From Leptolyngbya sp. (GTDB taxonomy: Bacteria; Cyanobacteriota; Cyanobacteriia; Leptolyngbyales; Leptolyngbyaceae): 14,066 nucleotides of DNA. The stretch is taken from NCBI GenBank assembly GCA_003249025.1, contig QBMH01000130.1:1-14066 (forward strand), read 5' to 3'. Below the pieces are notes generated by a model. That model made no database searches, was not told where the DNA came from, and worked only from the letters and a program-made list of their open reading frames with translations. Below are positions 1 to 7,066 of this stretch, piece by piece. Position numbers and translations under genes: made by a program. Every line of letters begins with the position of its first letter. Positions within the stretch are counted from its first letter, which is position 1.

Positions 1-306
1 GAGAGGGATTACCTGCCTAGCATATCAACTATTCAATTAGAACGGAATAGCCCTGGAAAAACTGTATACGACATAGATATATGGGCAAAGAAGCAACAGG
101 AGCAGACACGAACATGTTTAGCAAGTCGGCTTTCAACCATGTTCGGTTTTTCCCTTCTCATAACTATTCTTCTAGTTGGAGTTGCTGCTTTCAGCCCAAA
201 AGCTGACAAAGCTTTTATCAAAGATGTTATTCCGCTCGTTATTACGCCTCAAGTAACCCTGCTAGGAGTTGCGTTGACTTTCTATTTCACGAGTAAGGAG
301 AAATAG
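1..306 (+). CDS. 3' end of a hypothetical membrane protein (5' end cut by window edge)
   Basis: Frame +1 is open from base 1 to TAG at 304-306. It is absent from the ORF track because it has no long Met-initiated ORF. The translation ends ...STMFGFSLLITILLVGVAAFSPKADKAFIKDVIPLVITPQVTLLGVALTFYFTSKEK, which shows two hydrophobic helices. A strong same-strand intrinsic terminator follows 20 nt downstream. No family recognised. Confidence 0.5.
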   Translation, partial: ERDYLPSISTIQLERNSPGKTVYDIDIWAKKQQEQTRTCLASRLSTMFGFSLLITILLVGVAAFSPKADKAFIKDVIPLVITPQVTLLGVALTFYFTSKEK

Positions 307-325
307 GTTTAAATATACGCTGAGA

Positions 326-359
326 GGAGTTGGATGTATTTATATCCAACTCCTTTTTT
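326..359 (+). terminator. Rho-independent terminator
   Basis: GGAGTTGGAT (326-335) pairs perfectly with ATCCAACTCC (344-353): a 10-bp stem with an 8-nt loop, followed at once by TTTTTT (354-359). On the opposite strand there is no T-tract after the stem, so it is unidirectional. Confidence 0.8.
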
Positions 360-541
360 ACGTCTATAAGGCTTTTTATGTTGTTGGCAAAAGCTCAATC
401 ATTTCGCTTTTCTCCAGTCAACTCTATGGATCTATTGCGTGCTACGCGCGATCTAATTTGCTGTAAGTTGAATACTCACTAGAAACCCCAACTTTAGAAT
501 CATGCTGAATATTCTTGAGTAATTGAAACTGACTTCCACGA

Positions 542-748
542 TTACTCTTCGATCGCCTGCCTTAGTTCACTAAGATTAGCAGAAAACTTCAGTTCACCGT
601 TCTGTTGTTCAATCTGCGCCGACTTAAAATTTTCGTATATCTCTTCACGGCGTTCCTCACGCAGATATTGCTGCAACAGCAGTTGGATTTCATATTTTTC
701 GTCACTGGACAAACGTTGGATTGCCTCAACCACATCGCTAAACGTCAT
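542..748 (-). CDS. small antitoxin-like protein (addiction-module component type), apparently orphan
   Basis: The 68-aa product MTFSDVVEAIQRLSSDEKYEIQLLLQQYLREERREEIYENFKSAQIEQQNGELKFSANLSELRQAIEE has the size, charge pattern and N-terminal MTFS..V.EAI..LS..EK motif of small cyanobacterial antitoxins that pair with RelE/ParE-type toxins. The ORF-track start at 757 is TTG. The ATG at 748 has GGGAG 9 nt upstream, so I prefer it. Family assignment is from memory only. Confidence 0.45.
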   Translation of the reverse strand: MTFSDVVEAIQRLSSDEKYEIQLLLQQYLREERREEIYENFKSAQIEQQNGELKFSANLSELRQAIEE

Positions 749-826
749 TGTCCGCAACTCCCTAGTGTACTTACTGAGGTCAATTTATCATGGTGGTTGG
801 CAAGGCGATCGCGCTTATCCTTAGCC

Positions 827-1714
827 CTACTTGCGATCGCCGACTGCTTGAGCGCGGGAAAACTCTAAGGCTCTGGCAATGCGGATAGTGCCTTGGGGCG
901 CAACATAAGCAACTTCAGGATAGTATTGGGCGGGCGGATTTTCGGGCGCTCTGGCAACAAAGTCAGCAATACGAATTTGGTTGGGTTCCATTTGCAGCGC
1001 CATGATTAGGCATTGGGCATTGCCTTTTGCGCCTGCATGAGCAGTACCGCGCAAGCGACCCCAAACGAGAATATCGCCCGTGGCAATCACGGAACTGCCG
1101 GGATTCAAATCTCCCAGAATGATGACGGTGCCATCATGGCGAACATCGCCACCTGACCGCAGCGTAGTTTGCAAATACAGCGGTTCTTCCATTGCTTGGG
1201 CAGACTCAGCGCCAGCAGGATTCAATTGAGCGATGGAGGATTGTTGCTCCACTGAATAGCCAGCAGTCGCAGCAGCAACAGCGGTTTGACGACGGCTAGT
1301 ATAGACGCGAGTCAGACGGAGTTGGGCTTCGGTGAGGGCATCGGCGATCGCCTGAAGTTGACGACCGTCTAGCAAGCGATCGCGAGCAATCAAATGCACC
1401 GACGTGTCAGCCAGCCATAGCCGCTCTCCCGCATTCAAGCGCTGCTTAAGCTGCTGCAACACCTCCGACCAAGTTAACGAACTCGCAGGATTCTCTGCTT
1501 CTGACTCAATTTCTGGCGGTAGCATCAGCAAAAGTTTGCCACCCTCACTTTTAAGCCGAACCTGAAGATCTCGCTCCTGCAAGCCCTCTGCGGGTGTATC
1601 GGGGTTTGCTGCTGTCGAAGCATTTCCTTCTGAATCGAGAACGATTGCAGCTATATCGGGAACGACATCAGGAATTATTGGAGTAGAGGAAGGCACTGAA
1701 GTATCAGAAGTCAT
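827..1714 (-). CDS. minC: septum site-determining protein MinC
   Basis: The C-terminal beta-helix signature is clearly MinC: ...LRSGGDVRHDGTVIILGDLNPGSSVIATGDILVWGRLRGTAHAGAKGNAQCLIMALQMEPNQIRIADFVARAP... The N-terminal half is variable and low-complexity, as is usual in cyanobacterial MinC. Confidence 0.9.
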   Translation of the reverse strand: MTSDTSVPSSTPIIPDVVPDIAAIVLDSEGNASTAANPDTPAEGLQERDLQVRLKSEGGKLLLMLPPEIESEAENPASSLTWSEVLQQLKQRLNAGERLWLADTSVHLIARDRLLDGRQLQAIADALTEAQLRLTRVYTSRRQTAVAAATAGYSVEQQSSIAQLNPAGAESAQAMEEPLYLQTTLRSGGDVRHDGTVIILGDLNPGSSVIATGDILVWGRLRGTAHAGAKGNAQCLIMALQMEPNQIRIADFVARAPENPPAQYYPEVAYVAPQGTIRIARALEFSRAQAVGDRK

Positions 1715-1926
1715 AGATCGAGCGTTTTGTGGCAGCAGTTTGCTGTGATTTTAGCGACCCAGAATGTGCCCTTGCACAAAACCTGAGGCAATCATTATAG
1801 GCAGGCATGGGAAAATTTAGCGTAAAACCTAGGTTAAAAGTGAGAAGCAAGCGAGTAGATAGACAACGGCACGATCCGTTTTAAGCTTCTAATGTTGGAT
1901 GCCTATCGCCTAGAATCCAGTCTGAC

Positions 1927-3213
1927 TCAGGGCTGCCGAAAGATTCCAAAGACCGAGGTAAACCCATGCAGAAAGGTGGTGCTGCCAACGGGACCAATTT
2001 CACCATTGCAGAAAAACCCGCTCATAGGCAGATTGGGCAAGTAGCGACTGAACAAATGAGAATCAAAGTCAGGCTCATCATAAAGCCCCTCACCTCTTCC
2101 AGTGCAAGAAAACATTAAGGCTCCACTACCAGACAATGTATGAGCGGGATAGGTGGAAGTGTAGCGAAGCAGCAACGTTTCTAGATCTTCGGCAGACGCT
2201 TTGGCATCACGCAGATGAAACTGCACCCGTTGACCGGGGCGAATGCGATCGCCAATGGCGATCGCCCCTACTCTGGGATCAACTCCAATTAACTGCCGAA
2301 TTAAAAAATCCCCCTGTTCCAGGGTTTGCTTAAACTCACTTTGGGCAACGCCAATAAACAACGAGTGCTGCGCCAACTCGCGATCGTCCTCATCCAAGGT
2401 TTGAATTAGGTCTTGCAGTACCTCCAGCGGTGTCCCCTTCTGAGATACCCTTGCCCCGCCCCCAGCAGGCGCAAAACTCATATCTGCTTGATCCAGTGCC
2501 AGCATGATGTTTCGTTCACCCTCCGTCACCAAGTAAGGTTGACCAATGGGACGGCATCCCTGGGCAACGATCGCATCTAGCACAATGTTGCCGCTTAGTG
2601 CCACCCCAACCATCCCTTCTTGATGCAAGCGATCATCACAAAAAATTCCGCCAGAGTTGGTGATATTGCCGCTGATCAAGCCGCCAATTTTGGTAGATCC
2701 CGCATAGGCAAAATCCAGTCCTTGCAACAAGTCATTGAGTCGTCCAAAAGATGGGTCGCTCAGCAGCACAAACTGAGGTTGCTCAGCCGCAGGAATTCCG
2801 ATCACGTCTACCCAAGCCGTTGGCGAACTATCCAAATCGGGTAAGTCTTCGGGTAACAGATGAAACGTGTGAACGTGAACCTCTGGCAATGATGCGAGCA
2901 TTAAAGTCAGGGCAGGTTCTCCTTCTACTTCATGAGGATGCCCCTGATGATCCATGCCTGTAATTCCAGCACCGCCACATCCAATCAGCGGCACCCCTGG
3001 TAAATGCTCTTGTAGCAAGGGCATTAATCGCGAATATTCACTAGCAAAGGCAGACGAAATGAAAATCAATGCTAAGTCAGGTGAAGTTTGCAGCGCTGAT
3101 TTAGTCTGTTGCACCACCTCAGCGATCGCCGCTTCCAAAGAAGGACGGGTCGATAAAAAACTTGCCCACTTCATTTGTTTTACTTGCGGTTCTGCCATTG
3201 CAGTTTCCCCCAT
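1927..3213 (-). CDS. FIST (N + C) domain signal-transduction protein
   Basis: N-terminal FIST_N-like ...PDLALIFISSAFASEY...PLIGCGGAGITG. C-terminal FIST_C-like ...GALMFSCTGRG...GFFCNGEIGPVG. The start at 3213 is supported by AGGAGG (complement of 3222-3227) 8 nt upstream of the ATG. Confidence 0.75.
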   Translation of the reverse strand: MGETAMAEPQVKQMKWASFLSTRPSLEAAIAEVVQQTKSALQTSPDLALIFISSAFASEYSRLMPLLQEHLPGVPLIGCGGAGITGMDHQGHPHEVEGEPALTLMLASLPEVHVHTFHLLPEDLPDLDSSPTAWVDVIGIPAAEQPQFVLLSDPSFGRLNDLLQGLDFAYAGSTKIGGLISGNITNSGGIFCDDRLHQEGMVGVALSGNIVLDAIVAQGCRPIGQPYLVTEGERNIMLALDQADMSFAPAGGGARVSQKGTPLEVLQDLIQTLDEDDRELAQHSLFIGVAQSEFKQTLEQGDFLIRQLIGVDPRVGAIAIGDRIRPGQRVQFHLRDAKASAEDLETLLLRYTSTYPAHTLSGSGALMFSCTGRGEGLYDEPDFDSHLFSRYLPNLPMSGFFCNGEIGPVGSTTFLHGFTSVFGIFRQP

Positions 3214-3463
3214 TGGACTGACCTCCTAAAACTAGTATGGATTGTCAAAGTGCCTCTGTCTAAGGAATTTTTACTATTAATACAGTATTCTACGGAAACG
3301 CTACACGAACAAAATTCAAAACTGTTTTTTCCGAACCGTAGCATTGTGTGTTCATTCAGCTAAAACAGAGTACTTTGGAAGAAATCCTTTCAAGCTGGGC
3401 ATACTTGTCCAGCGTAGTCATAGTTGGCACGTTTGCGGCTATGGTCAACCTAGGAGCTTACTC

Positions 3464-5662
3464 ATGCAGACTACTGCACCGCCAAACCCAACCGAGTCTG
3501 CCCCACCTCGCCGCAGTTCAGGTTTTTCCATGTTGCGATCCGTCGGATCACGTCTGTTCCTTTCCGTGGTGGGTGGCTCCTTAATTGGTTTATTGGGCAC
3601 CACTTATTGGTCATACCGTGAACTTACCCGTCAGTCTGAAAACGAGTTGCTCTCAAATCTTCAGGTCAAAGCCGAAAGTTTGGAAGGCTCGTTTAATACG
3701 GTTGAATACTCCACTAAAACCGTCGCCGATGCCTTACAAAGCCTTTATATCGCGGGTGAAAGGCGGGAACAGGTTTACGTAGATCTGATGCGGCGATCGC
3801 TAAAAACCTCTCCCGTGGGTACAGGACTAGGATTTGGGCAACCTCCGACAAGTCGCTTAATTCTGCCAAGCCGTCAGTTTGCCTATCCCTACGCGGTGCG
3901 CGACAAAAGCGGTCAAATCACCTCCAAGGGTGGGGAAAGCGATCCGGGGGATTACCAAAAGCGTTACTTTACCGAGCCGATCGCCGCTGGCAAACCGGTT
4001 TGGCTAGAGCCAGAATCCTACATGGAAACGACGCTAAATCCACCGCAACAACTGGTTAGCACTGCCTATTCTCTGCCCTTCTATACTGACAAGCAGCAAC
4101 TACTTGGCGTGTTAAGCCAAGATTTAGAACTGGGCTTTTTAAGCCAAAAGCTCAGCGTACCCGCCATGCGAGATGCCGGCTACTTTGTTTTGGTCAGCGC
4201 CAAAGGCAACCTACTCGCCTATCCCCCCAATCCTCAAAAAGCCCTTGCTCTCACGCCCTTTCCCCAACTGAGTAACTATCAGGGGTTATGGGAAAAAATT
4301 CAAACGAATTTAGCGGCTGGCGAAAAAACGGGTGTACTGCGATGGAAAGATGACAGTGGCAAATCAGAATTTTGGGCGTATCAGCAAATTCCTAACAACA
4401 ATTGGATTTTGATGGCACAAGTTCCAGAATCAGTTGTGTTAGGTCCTGTATGGCGGTTTTTGGCAGCCGGAATTTTGGGAGCCGTGATTGGTGCTTCTAT
4501 TGTTCAAGGAGTGGTGGTGTTTTTGTTTGTGCGGCGGTTAAATCAGCGGTTGCAACCGATTATGGATGAGTGCAATCGCTTGGCAGAAATGAATGCGAAG
4601 AGTGAAGAACTGATGAACCGCGAGGATGAATTGGGACGGCTAACGATTTCCTTTTATGCCTTGCTGGGTCAGGTGACCGTAAATGAGCGACGCTTACGGA
4701 AAGAAACCGCAAAATCGGCGCAGGCACTTCAGGCATTGCAACAAACCCAAGCGCAACTCATTCAAACGGAAAAGATGTCTAGTTTGGGACAATTAGTTGC
4801 GGGGGTTGCCCACGAAATCAATAACCCCATTAACTTTATTTATGGTAATTTGCCTCACGCTTCGGAGTATGCCGAGGATTTGATGAATCTGGTCAAGCTT
4901 TACGATGCGACCTACACCAATCCTGACCCGGCGATCGCAAACTATCAACGAGCTATTGACCTAGACTTTTTGATGGAAGATCTGCCAAAAATGCTGGAGT
5001 CTATGAGCATTGGAGCCGATCGCATTCGAGAGATTGTGTTGTCCCTGCGAAACTTCTCTCGGTTAGACGAAGCCGAAATGAAGCGGGTCAACGTGCATGA
5101 AGGCATTGATAGCACCTTGCTAATTTTGCAAAATCGCTTGAAAGGCACCGCCGGACAGACCCCGATTGAAGTGGTCAAAGACTACGGAGAACTGCCTTTG
5201 GTGGAATGCTATGTTGGGCAGTTAAATCAAGTGTTTATGAATATCTTGAGCAACGCGATCGATGCCTTAGAGCAATACAACCGACAGCGATCGCGCGAAG
5301 AAATTGCTGCCAATCCATCCATCATCACAATTCGTACTGAAGCCATTTCCCAAGAAAACTCCGACTCTACTTCAAATTCCGCGCTCCGCTCTGGTGCTAA
5401 ATCAGTTCTGATCAGCATTCGCGATAATGGTTCGGGGATTCCTGCGGCAAACCAATCTCGTCTGTTTGACCCATTTTTTACAACGAAGCCCATTGGCAAA
5501 GGAACTGGATTAGGTTTATCGATCAGCTATCAGATTGTGGTCGAAAAACATAGCGGAATGCTCAAGTGCATTTCAGAGCCAGGGAACGGATCAGAATTTC
5601 AGATCGAGATTCCCATTGTGCAGGAAAACATGTCGTTGCCAGAAACTTCGCAGCCACACTAG
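3464..5662 (+). CDS. membrane sensor histidine kinase (extracytoplasmic Cache-like domain, coiled-coil linker, HisKA + HATPase_c)
   Basis: TM1 is LFLSVVGGSLIGLLGTTYWSY. It is followed by a ~290-aa extracytoplasmic region with Cache-like features, then TM2 FLAAGILGAVIGASIVQGVVVFLFV. H-box: VAGVAHEINNPINFIYGNL. N-box: NILSNAIDAL. G1: RDNGSGIP. G2: GKGTGLGLSISYQIV. I place the start at ATG 3464, which has AGGAG at 3452-3456 with a 7-nt spacer, rather than at the TTG at 3344 used by the ORF track. No response regulator lies in the window. Confidence 0.9.
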   Translation: MQTTAPPNPTESAPPRRSSGFSMLRSVGSRLFLSVVGGSLIGLLGTTYWSYRELTRQSENELLSNLQVKAESLEGSFNTVEYSTKTVADALQSLYIAGERREQVYVDLMRRSLKTSPVGTGLGFGQPPTSRLILPSRQFAYPYAVRDKSGQITSKGGESDPGDYQKRYFTEPIAAGKPVWLEPESYMETTLNPPQQLVSTAYSLPFYTDKQQLLGVLSQDLELGFLSQKLSVPAMRDAGYFVLVSAKGNLLAYPPNPQKALALTPFPQLSNYQGLWEKIQTNLAAGEKTGVLRWKDDSGKSEFWAYQQIPNNNWILMAQVPESVVLGPVWRFLAAGILGAVIGASIVQGVVVFLFVRRLNQRLQPIMDECNRLAEMNAKSEELMNREDELGRLTISFYALLGQVTVNERRLRKETAKSAQALQALQQTQAQLIQTEKMSSLGQLVAGVAHEINNPINFIYGNLPHASEYAEDLMNLVKLYDATYTNPDPAIANYQRAIDLDFLMEDLPKMLESMSIGADRIREIVLSLRNFSRLDEAEMKRVNVHEGIDSTLLILQNRLKGTAGQTPIEVVKDYGELPLVECYVGQLNQVFMNILSNAIDALEQYNRQRSREEIAANPSIITIRTEAISQENSDSTSNSALRSGAKSVLISIRDNGSGIPAANQSRLFDPFFTTKPIGKGTGLGLSISYQIVVEKHSGMLKCISEPGNGSEFQIEIPIVQENMSLPETSQPH

Positions 5663-5672
5663 TGGTCTATCA
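5662..5672. repeat. IS630 terminal inverted repeat (transposase 3' side)
   Basis: GTGGTCTATCA is the exact reverse complement of 6880-6890. The transposase stop codon (complement of 5670-5672) lies inside it. Confidence 0.85.
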
Positions 5673-6350
5673 GTTTTCTATTTGTGGGTAAAGGCGTTTG
5701 AGACGAATGCGGGCATCAGCGGTTGCAAATTGCCAATCTACCGATTTTTGCGCTTGATTGCGCTGAGTGTACCAAGCAGTTGTTTCTCGTTCCAATGTTT
5801 CACGATCTCGAATCCGACGGTCTAGGCATTGCCGAGTCAGAGCGGACAGTTCGTTCTCAGCGATATTGAGCCAACTTCCATGTTTGGGAGTGTGGTGAAT
5901 TTCCAATCGTTCTACTAGACGGCGGGCAACAGTCGCCGGAAAGGCTTGATAGAGTGAGGCAAGTTTGTGAGTGTTCAACTGGTCACACACCAGAATCACC
6001 GTTTCGCTATCCGCATACTCTTCATCGAGTAAGCGCCTGATTTCTCTTGCCCAGTCAACCGCTGTCCTACGTTCACTCACGACGGCTTTGCGCCATCCAG
6101 CCAAAGGTTCTGTGAACATGAAGATGTTGGCGGTTCCATTGCGTTCATATTCATAATCTACCGATTCTGGCTGTCCAGGTTTAGCTGGCAATGGCAACCG
6201 GGTTTCTTTGACTAACTGTACGGGTTGCTCATCCATACAGATCACAGGACGCTTGGGATTGTAAGACAAGTGATAAATCTCTAGCACGTCTGACCTGTGA
6301 GCCACAAATTCGGCACTCTGTTCAGGCGGAATCACATACATTTGCCGCAA
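5670..6350 (-). CDS. IS630-family transposase OrfB (DDE catalytic part, probably made only as an OrfAB fusion by -1 frameshift)
   Basis: ...LKPHLRQMYVIPPEQSAEFVAHRSDVLEIY...VICMDEQPVQL...VILVCDQLNTHK...HHTPKHGSWLNIAENELSAL... are IS630 DDE-region motifs. The listed start is a TTG with no independent initiation context. The frame stays open upstream through the A7 run. The joined product would be ~377 aa. Confidence 0.85.
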   Translation of the reverse strand: MRQMYVIPPEQSAEFVAHRSDVLEIYHLSYNPKRPVICMDEQPVQLVKETRLPLPAKPGQPESVDYEYERNGTANIFMFTEPLAGWRKAVVSERRTAVDWAREIRRLLDEEYADSETVILVCDQLNTHKLASLYQAFPATVARRLVERLEIHHTPKHGSWLNIAENELSALTRQCLDRRIRDRETLERETTAWYTQRNQAQKSVDWQFATADARIRLKRLYPQIEN

Positions 6351-6358
6351 ATGTGGTT

Positions 6359-6802
6359 TTAGTTTGTTTTTTTCAGCACTTGCCGCACGGTTTCATGAGA
6401 AATTGCTGGCACAATCGCTAACTCGACTGCTCGGTCAGCGAGTAACCGCAATGTCCAACGAGCCTGACCCGCAGGCGGTTGACCACACCGGAGGGCAATC
6501 AGTTTCGCTTCTGCCTCTCCATCACAGACCGGCAGACGGGGGGGTGTTTTGCGGGGTTTGCGTTCCAAAGCAGCCTCTAACCCCTGTTCAACCAATCTCT
6601 GCCGCAGGTTGGCGACTGTGTTGCGGTGGCAACTCATGGCACTTGCGGCTTCTTCGTCTGTCCATCCCTGTCCATTCACATCAATGTTCAACAGAAGGTT
6701 GGCGTGTTTGATTTTGTAGGCGGCGGCTTTACCGGTCGATACCAAGCTTTGGAGTTCCTGTCGTTCTGCCGAACTTAACCGGACGATATAACGTTTAGGC
6801 AT
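6359..6802 (-). CDS. IS630-family transposase OrfA (helix-turn-helix DNA-binding part)
   Basis: MPKRYIVRLSSAERQELQSLVSTGKAAAYKIKHANLLL...RWTLRLLADRAVELAIVPAISHETVRQVLKKTN is typical of the IS630/Tc1-like N-terminal HTH region. The ATG at 6802 is preferred over the ORF-track start at 6868. The ORF ends just after an A7 run. Confidence 0.85.
   Translation of the reverse strand: MPKRYIVRLSSAERQELQSLVSTGKAAAYKIKHANLLLNIDVNGQGWTDEEAASAMSCHRNTVANLRQRLVEQGLEAALERKPRKTPPRLPVCDGEAEAKLIALRCGQPPAGQARWTLRLLADRAVELAIVPAISHETVRQVLKKTN
6367..6373 (-). promoter_or_regulatory. A7 slippery run, candidate -1 frameshift site joining OrfA and OrfB
   Basis: The minus strand reads CTG AAA AAA ACA AAC TAA. A -1 slip on the A-run gives VLKK|NKLKPHLRQMYVIPPE, restoring the LKKN.LKP junction typical of single-ORF IS630 transposases. 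Confidence 0.5.
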
Positions 6803-6879
6803 CGCAAGTTCCTCGAATATGAGGAGTGGGTTACTGTAAATCACTCCTCCATTCTCCCTTAAACTCACAAGCTTAGGTT

Positions 6880-6890
6880 TGATAGACCAC
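6880..6890. repeat. IS630 terminal inverted repeat (transposase 5' side)
   Basis: TGATAGACCAC is the exact reverse complement of 5662-5672. It lies 88 nt upstream of the OrfA ATG at 6802. Confidence 0.85.
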
Positions 6891-6958
6891 TAGCCTTGGC
6901 AATTTGTGTCCCTAGGTTTACGCTCTATTGCTTGTCCTCACCATCTGGATACTGCTAT

Positions 6959-6984
6959 GCCGTAACTTTGAGCCGTAACTTTGA
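6959..6984. repeat. perfect tandem duplication of the 13-mer GCCGTAACTTTGA
   Basis: Unit 1 is 6959-6971 and unit 2 is 6972-6984. They are identical and lie 83 nt upstream of the ABC gene ATG. Function unknown. Confidence 0.6.
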
Positions 6985-7066
6985 AAATCAAGCGGTATCT
7001 TTTCTTTCAAAAATCTCCTAATTTAAGAGAGCTTCTTTTGGAAGACCGTGAGGTTGAGCGATCGCC

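Larger units (their letters stand above)
5662..6890 (-). mobile_element. complete IS630-family insertion sequence (1229 bp) with TA target duplication
   Basis: Perfect 11-bp terminal inverted repeats GTGGTCTATCA (5662-5672) and TGATAGACCAC (6880-6890). They are flanked by TA (5660-5661) and TA (6891-6892), and the reconstructed empty site is cacCTAGcc. The element encodes a two-frame IS630-type transposase. There is no HIP1 octamer inside the element. Confidence 0.9.

Noticed and set aside
33-221. 62-aa minus-strand ORF from the ORF track
   Set aside because: It is antisense to a longer open plus-strand frame (1-306) that has membrane-helix character and its own terminator. The translation is Cys/Arg-rich and looks non-coding.
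1100-1115. tRNA T-arm-like GGGATTCAAATCTCCC
   Set aside because: It lies inside the conserved MinC C-terminal coding region, and no acceptor, D or anticodon arms surround it.
542-1714. minC not followed by minD/minE
   Set aside because: minCDE linkage is not universal in cyanobacteria. As far as I recall, some species encode minC apart from minDE. Absence within 830 bp is therefore not informative on its own, although the HIP1-free DNA downstream is noted in the findings.
2136-3363. Several 60-90-aa plus-strand ORFs overlapping the FIST gene. There are similar antisense or shadow ORFs inside the kinase (4945-5499), IS (5971-6156, 6364-6711), ABC (7169-8639), STAND (8694-9026, 9205-9609, 9449-9694, 10226-10450) and SWIM genes (10721-12534), and at 13717-13935.
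   Set aside because: All lie antisense to, or out of frame with, ORFs that carry clear domain signatures. Their translations are low-complexity and Arg/Cys/Trp-rich, as is typical of shadow frames.
3344-3463. N-terminal 40-aa extension of the histidine kinase from a TTG start
   Set aside because: The extension (MCVHSAKTEYFGRNPFKLG...) has no kinase-like or signal-peptide character. The in-frame ATG at 3464 has a well-spaced AGGAG.
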